NCBI GenBank assembly: GCA_038065515.1
Contig: JBBTQV010000017.1
Coordinates: forward strand, 1-37,631
Reading direction: 5' to 3'
DNA length: 37,631 bases
From: Patescibacteria group bacterium
GTDB lineage: Bacteria > Patescibacteriota > Minisyncoccia > 2-02-FULL-40-12 > GWA2-44-9
The notes under the pieces were generated by a model. The model saw only the letters and a list, made by a program, of their open reading frames with translations. It did no database searches and was not told the DNA's origin. The position numbers and the translations under genes were made by a program. Shown here piece by piece: positions 35,176 to 37,631 of this stretch (the stretch's first letter is position 1; each line of letters begins with the position of its first letter).

Positions 35176-36840
35176 TTACCCCAACACCCGGCGGATCTCT
35201 TCTACCGATGTGATGCCCCGGATCAGTTTGAGATAGCCGTCCTGCAGCATGGTGACCATGCCCTCCTTGATAGCCAGGTCGCGGATATCAGTAACGGATG
35301 CATTTTCGAGAATCAACCGCTCCATCGCGCGGGTCACTTCAAATACCTCGTATACTCCGATGCGGCCCTTATAGCCGATGTTATTACACTCACTGCAACC
35401 GCCCGGACCGTACACCGGAAGCGATGCATTGATTTCCGGCAACTCAAATCGCTTACTGATGGAAGCGATGTTTTCTTGCAGTTTTTTCAGGTCTTTTTCT
35501 TCCAGTGGCAACTTTTTTTTGCATGATTCGCACAGCTTGCGCACAAGGCGTTGCCCCATTGCCATTGTCATCGCGGGTGCGACCGTTTCCGGTTTGACGC
35601 CGAGGTCAACGAGACGGGGGATAGTGCCGGCGGCGTCGTTGGTGTGAATGGTTGAGAGTACCATGTGGCCGGTGAGCGCGGCTTCCAGCGCGATGCTGGC
35701 CGTTTCTAGGTCGCGGATTTCACCGATAAGAATAATATCGGGGTCTTGGCGTACGATGGCGCGCAATCCTCCGGCGAATGTGTATCCCTTGGAAGGTTCA
35801 ACCTGCGTCTGATTGACTCCTTTGATATGATATTCGATAGGGTCTTCCACCGTAATGATTTTCATGTCCGGCGTATTCAGGTAGTTCAGGAACGCATACA
35901 GCGTTGTGGTTTTTCCGGAACCGGTGGGGCCAGTCGTCAGCAGGGTGCCCTGCGGGCGACCCAAGAGAGCTTTTACTTGCTCCAATACATCGGTTCGCAT
36001 GCCGAGGTCTTCCAGTTTTGCCCTGATGCCGCGCGGATCCAACAAACGCATAACGATGGATTCGCCGTATTCGCTCGGCAGAACAGAAACACGAACCTCG
36101 ATATCAATATCACTTTGGCGGATAGTGAACCGGCCGTCCTGGGGTGCCTTGGTGATGTTAAGCTTCATTTTCGACAGCACTTTGACGCGGTTGAGCACTC
36201 GCTGATACCGCGCCTTGTCGATAGTGGCGACTTCATGCAGAAGGCCGTCGAGACGGTACCGCAAACGACACAGGTCGGATTCCGGCTCAAAGTGAATGTC
36301 GGATGCGCGGGTCGAGAGCGCGCCCGCGACGAGCATTTCGAACAGCTGGGTTACGGGAATCTGTCCCAGCTGCCCTTTGAGGTCGTTGATGTTTTTAATT
36401 TTTTCCGCAGCCTGTGCTATCACCTTATCGTCCACACTGATAGCGCCCACTTCAAATGTCTCGATGGTTTTGATGGTCGCATAGCGCATCCAGACGGTTT
36501 CCATGGTCGCACGGGCGACCATGAGCACTTTCAGGATTGTGTAATGGGTGCCGAGGTCGTCTAACAGCGTCTTGGCTTCAGGCGTGCGCGGGTCCAGCAC
36601 CGCAACAACGGCTACCGGGCCTTTTGTTTGCACAACGGCAAGACCGGCGGCTCGGGATTGTGCTTCAGGAACGATTTTGAGCGCCTCCGGATCGATGGGG
36701 AGGCCTTGAATATCTACAAACGGCAGGCCAAGCTCCGTGGCGAGCGCTTGCGCGGAAAGCGCTTGTTCTTTTTCTCCGATACTGGACAGCTTCTTTTCCA
36801 GTTCGGCCGCTATATCTGGCTTTGTGGGTGCAGTCACCAT
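35176..36840 (-). CDS. Type IV pilus / T2SS assembly ATPase (PilB/GspE)
   Basis: ASDIHFEP, PQDGRF, GPTGSGKTT, EDPIEY, RQDPD, TGHMVLST.HTN, two CxxC. Confidence 0.95.
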   Translation of the reverse strand: MVTAPTKPDIAAELEKKLSSIGEKEQALSAQALATELGLPFVDIQGLPIDPEALKIVPEAQSRAAGLAVVQTKGPVAVVAVLDPRTPEAKTLLDDLGTHYTILKVLMVARATMETVWMRYATIKTIETFEVGAISVDDKVIAQAAEKIKNINDLKGQLGQIPVTQLFEMLVAGALSTRASDIHFEPESDLCRLRYRLDGLLHEVATIDKARYQRVLNRVKVLSKMKLNITKAPQDGRFTIRQSDIDIEVRVSVLPSEYGESIVMRLLDPRGIRAKLEDLGMRTDVLEQVKALLGRPQGTLLTTGPTGSGKTTTLYAFLNYLNTPDMKIITVEDPIEYHIKGVNQTQVEPSKGYTFAGGLRAIVRQDPDIILIGEIRDLETASIALEAALTGHMVLSTIHTNDAAGTIPRLVDLGVKPETVAPAMTMAMGQRLVRKLCESCKKKLPLEEKDLKKLQENIASISKRFELPEINASLPVYGPGGCSECNNIGYKGRIGVYEVFEVTRAMERLILENASVTDIRDLAIKEGMVTMLQDGYLKLIRGITSVEEIRRVLG

Positions 36841-36939
36841 ACGCAGTCACCATACGCGAGAAGCCCTTTTTGTAAACGATTTTTTGTGGACAACCTCACA
36901 TCAAAACGCCCACGACCCACCGCTCCTCCCACGGGTCCG

Positions 36940-36968
36940 TGGACAACTCCAAGACACCATGCTATACT
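36940..36968 (+). promoter_or_regulatory. Near-consensus sigma-70 promoter with no downstream ORF
   Basis: TGGACA-N17-TATACT with extended -10 TG. Confidence 0.7.
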
Positions 36969-36974
36969 GCCCGC

Positions 36975-37030
36975 ATCACCACGAAGAAGACCCTTGTGAG
37001 GCTCGTCCTTACCGGGGGCTTTTTCATTTT
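36975..37030 (+). ncRNA. Candidate small hairpin RNA convergent on the NYN gene
   Basis: ATCACCAC-GAAGAAGACCCTTGTGAGG-CTCGT-CCTTACCGGGGGCTTTTTC-ATTTT, downstream of the promoter above. Confidence 0.55.
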
Positions 37031-37518
37031 AATTCCAAAATTCCTCGCTGATTGCTTAGGTAGGCAATCCGGGCGTTCGTGCGCTTGAGGAGAATTGAGC
37101 ATTTCCTTTCGATGCTTGGAGAGAGAATACATGAAAGTTGTTTGCGTTCTTGAAGAAATTTCACGAGACCTGCGTAATCCCCGTCGCTTGAGACGATAAC
37201 TGCTTTTTCGAATACACCCCCGTAGGCATCGCGCACCGCCTGTAATACCAAATCCGCGTCGCAGTTTCCCTTTGGCTTTCCGGCGCCATCGTAGACGACC
37301 TCTTTGAAGACAAGCGTAAAGCCTGCTTCTTGGAGATGGGTATACAGGTCTTTATATTTCGCGATGAGACCGATGAAAATATATGCGCGACCAACGCCAT
37401 ATTTTTCGGTAAGCCATATGCGCAACTTTCGGTAATCGAGATCCCATCCCACATCACCCATTGCCTTATGCAAATTTGCCCCGTCAATGAATGCGTAGTT
37501 GTTCGTTGGCTGTTGCAT
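37024..37518 (-). CDS. NYN domain protein (PIN-like RNase, LabA/DUF88)
   Basis: AFIDGANL, KGNCDADL, SSDGDY acidic motifs; start 37518 or 37527. Confidence 0.9.
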   Translation of the reverse strand: MQQPTNNYAFIDGANLHKAMGDVGWDLDYRKLRIWLTEKYGVGRAYIFIGLIAKYKDLYTHLQEAGFTLVFKEVVYDGAGKPKGNCDADLVLQAVRDAYGGVFEKAVIVSSDGDYAGLVKFLQERKQLSCILSPSIERKCSILLKRTNARIAYLSNQRGILELK

Positions 37519-37631
37519 GAGCGCCATCCTCGCATGTTTGGTTAGCACAATCAACGCCCCAACTTTCTTATCCACACCCCATCCTAGCGGGGGGGGGGTG
37601 CTTTCATGGGATACTGGCGAGGTATGGCATT

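Noticed and set aside
36975-37030. Hammerhead ribozyme in the NYN-adjacent hairpin
   Set aside because: No CUGANGA core on either strand
1-37631. CRISPR array, cas genes, rRNA
   Set aside because: No 25-45-bp repeats with unique spacers and no recognisable motifs

Overview
Origin-of-replication region of a small-genome bacterium, most likely Patescibacteria/CPR (Parcubacteria-like). That assignment is inferred from gene content: a PrgI/VirB4/VirB6-like cluster with no relaxase, a short YebC, an ECF sigma with DUF5667-like partner, and few Shine-Dalgarno sites. The core contains jag-yidC-yidD-rnpA-rpmH / dnaA-oriC-dnaN-dciA-like, PBP1A, tyrS, ruvC-yebC-ruvB, a PilB/GspE ATPase, pcrA, rsmA, cca, ahpC, a LOG protein and six tRNAs (Ser-TGA, Ser-CGA, Ala-GGC, Arg-CCT, Pro-CGG, Ala-CGC). 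Accessory material includes three serine-recombinase remnants (two abutting tRNA-Ala 3' ends), an RHH/RelE toxin-antitoxin pair and a T4SS-like cluster. Most interesting signals: (1) a NYN RNase gene with a convergent ~55-nt hairpin RNA under its own near-consensus promoter (candidate RNA-antitoxin module); (2) a four-helix-bundle gene enclosed by inverted 7-bp tandem arrays, plus four other 7-bp arrays, two of them inside rsmA; (3) an HTH/LAGLIDADG-like ORF whose stop codon lies inside tRNA-Ala; (4) a 6S-RNA-like hairpin; (5) a repeated ECF promoter motif; (6) widespread leaderless genes, including an unannotated 47-aa hyper-acidic protein. All calls are by eye; no searches were run.
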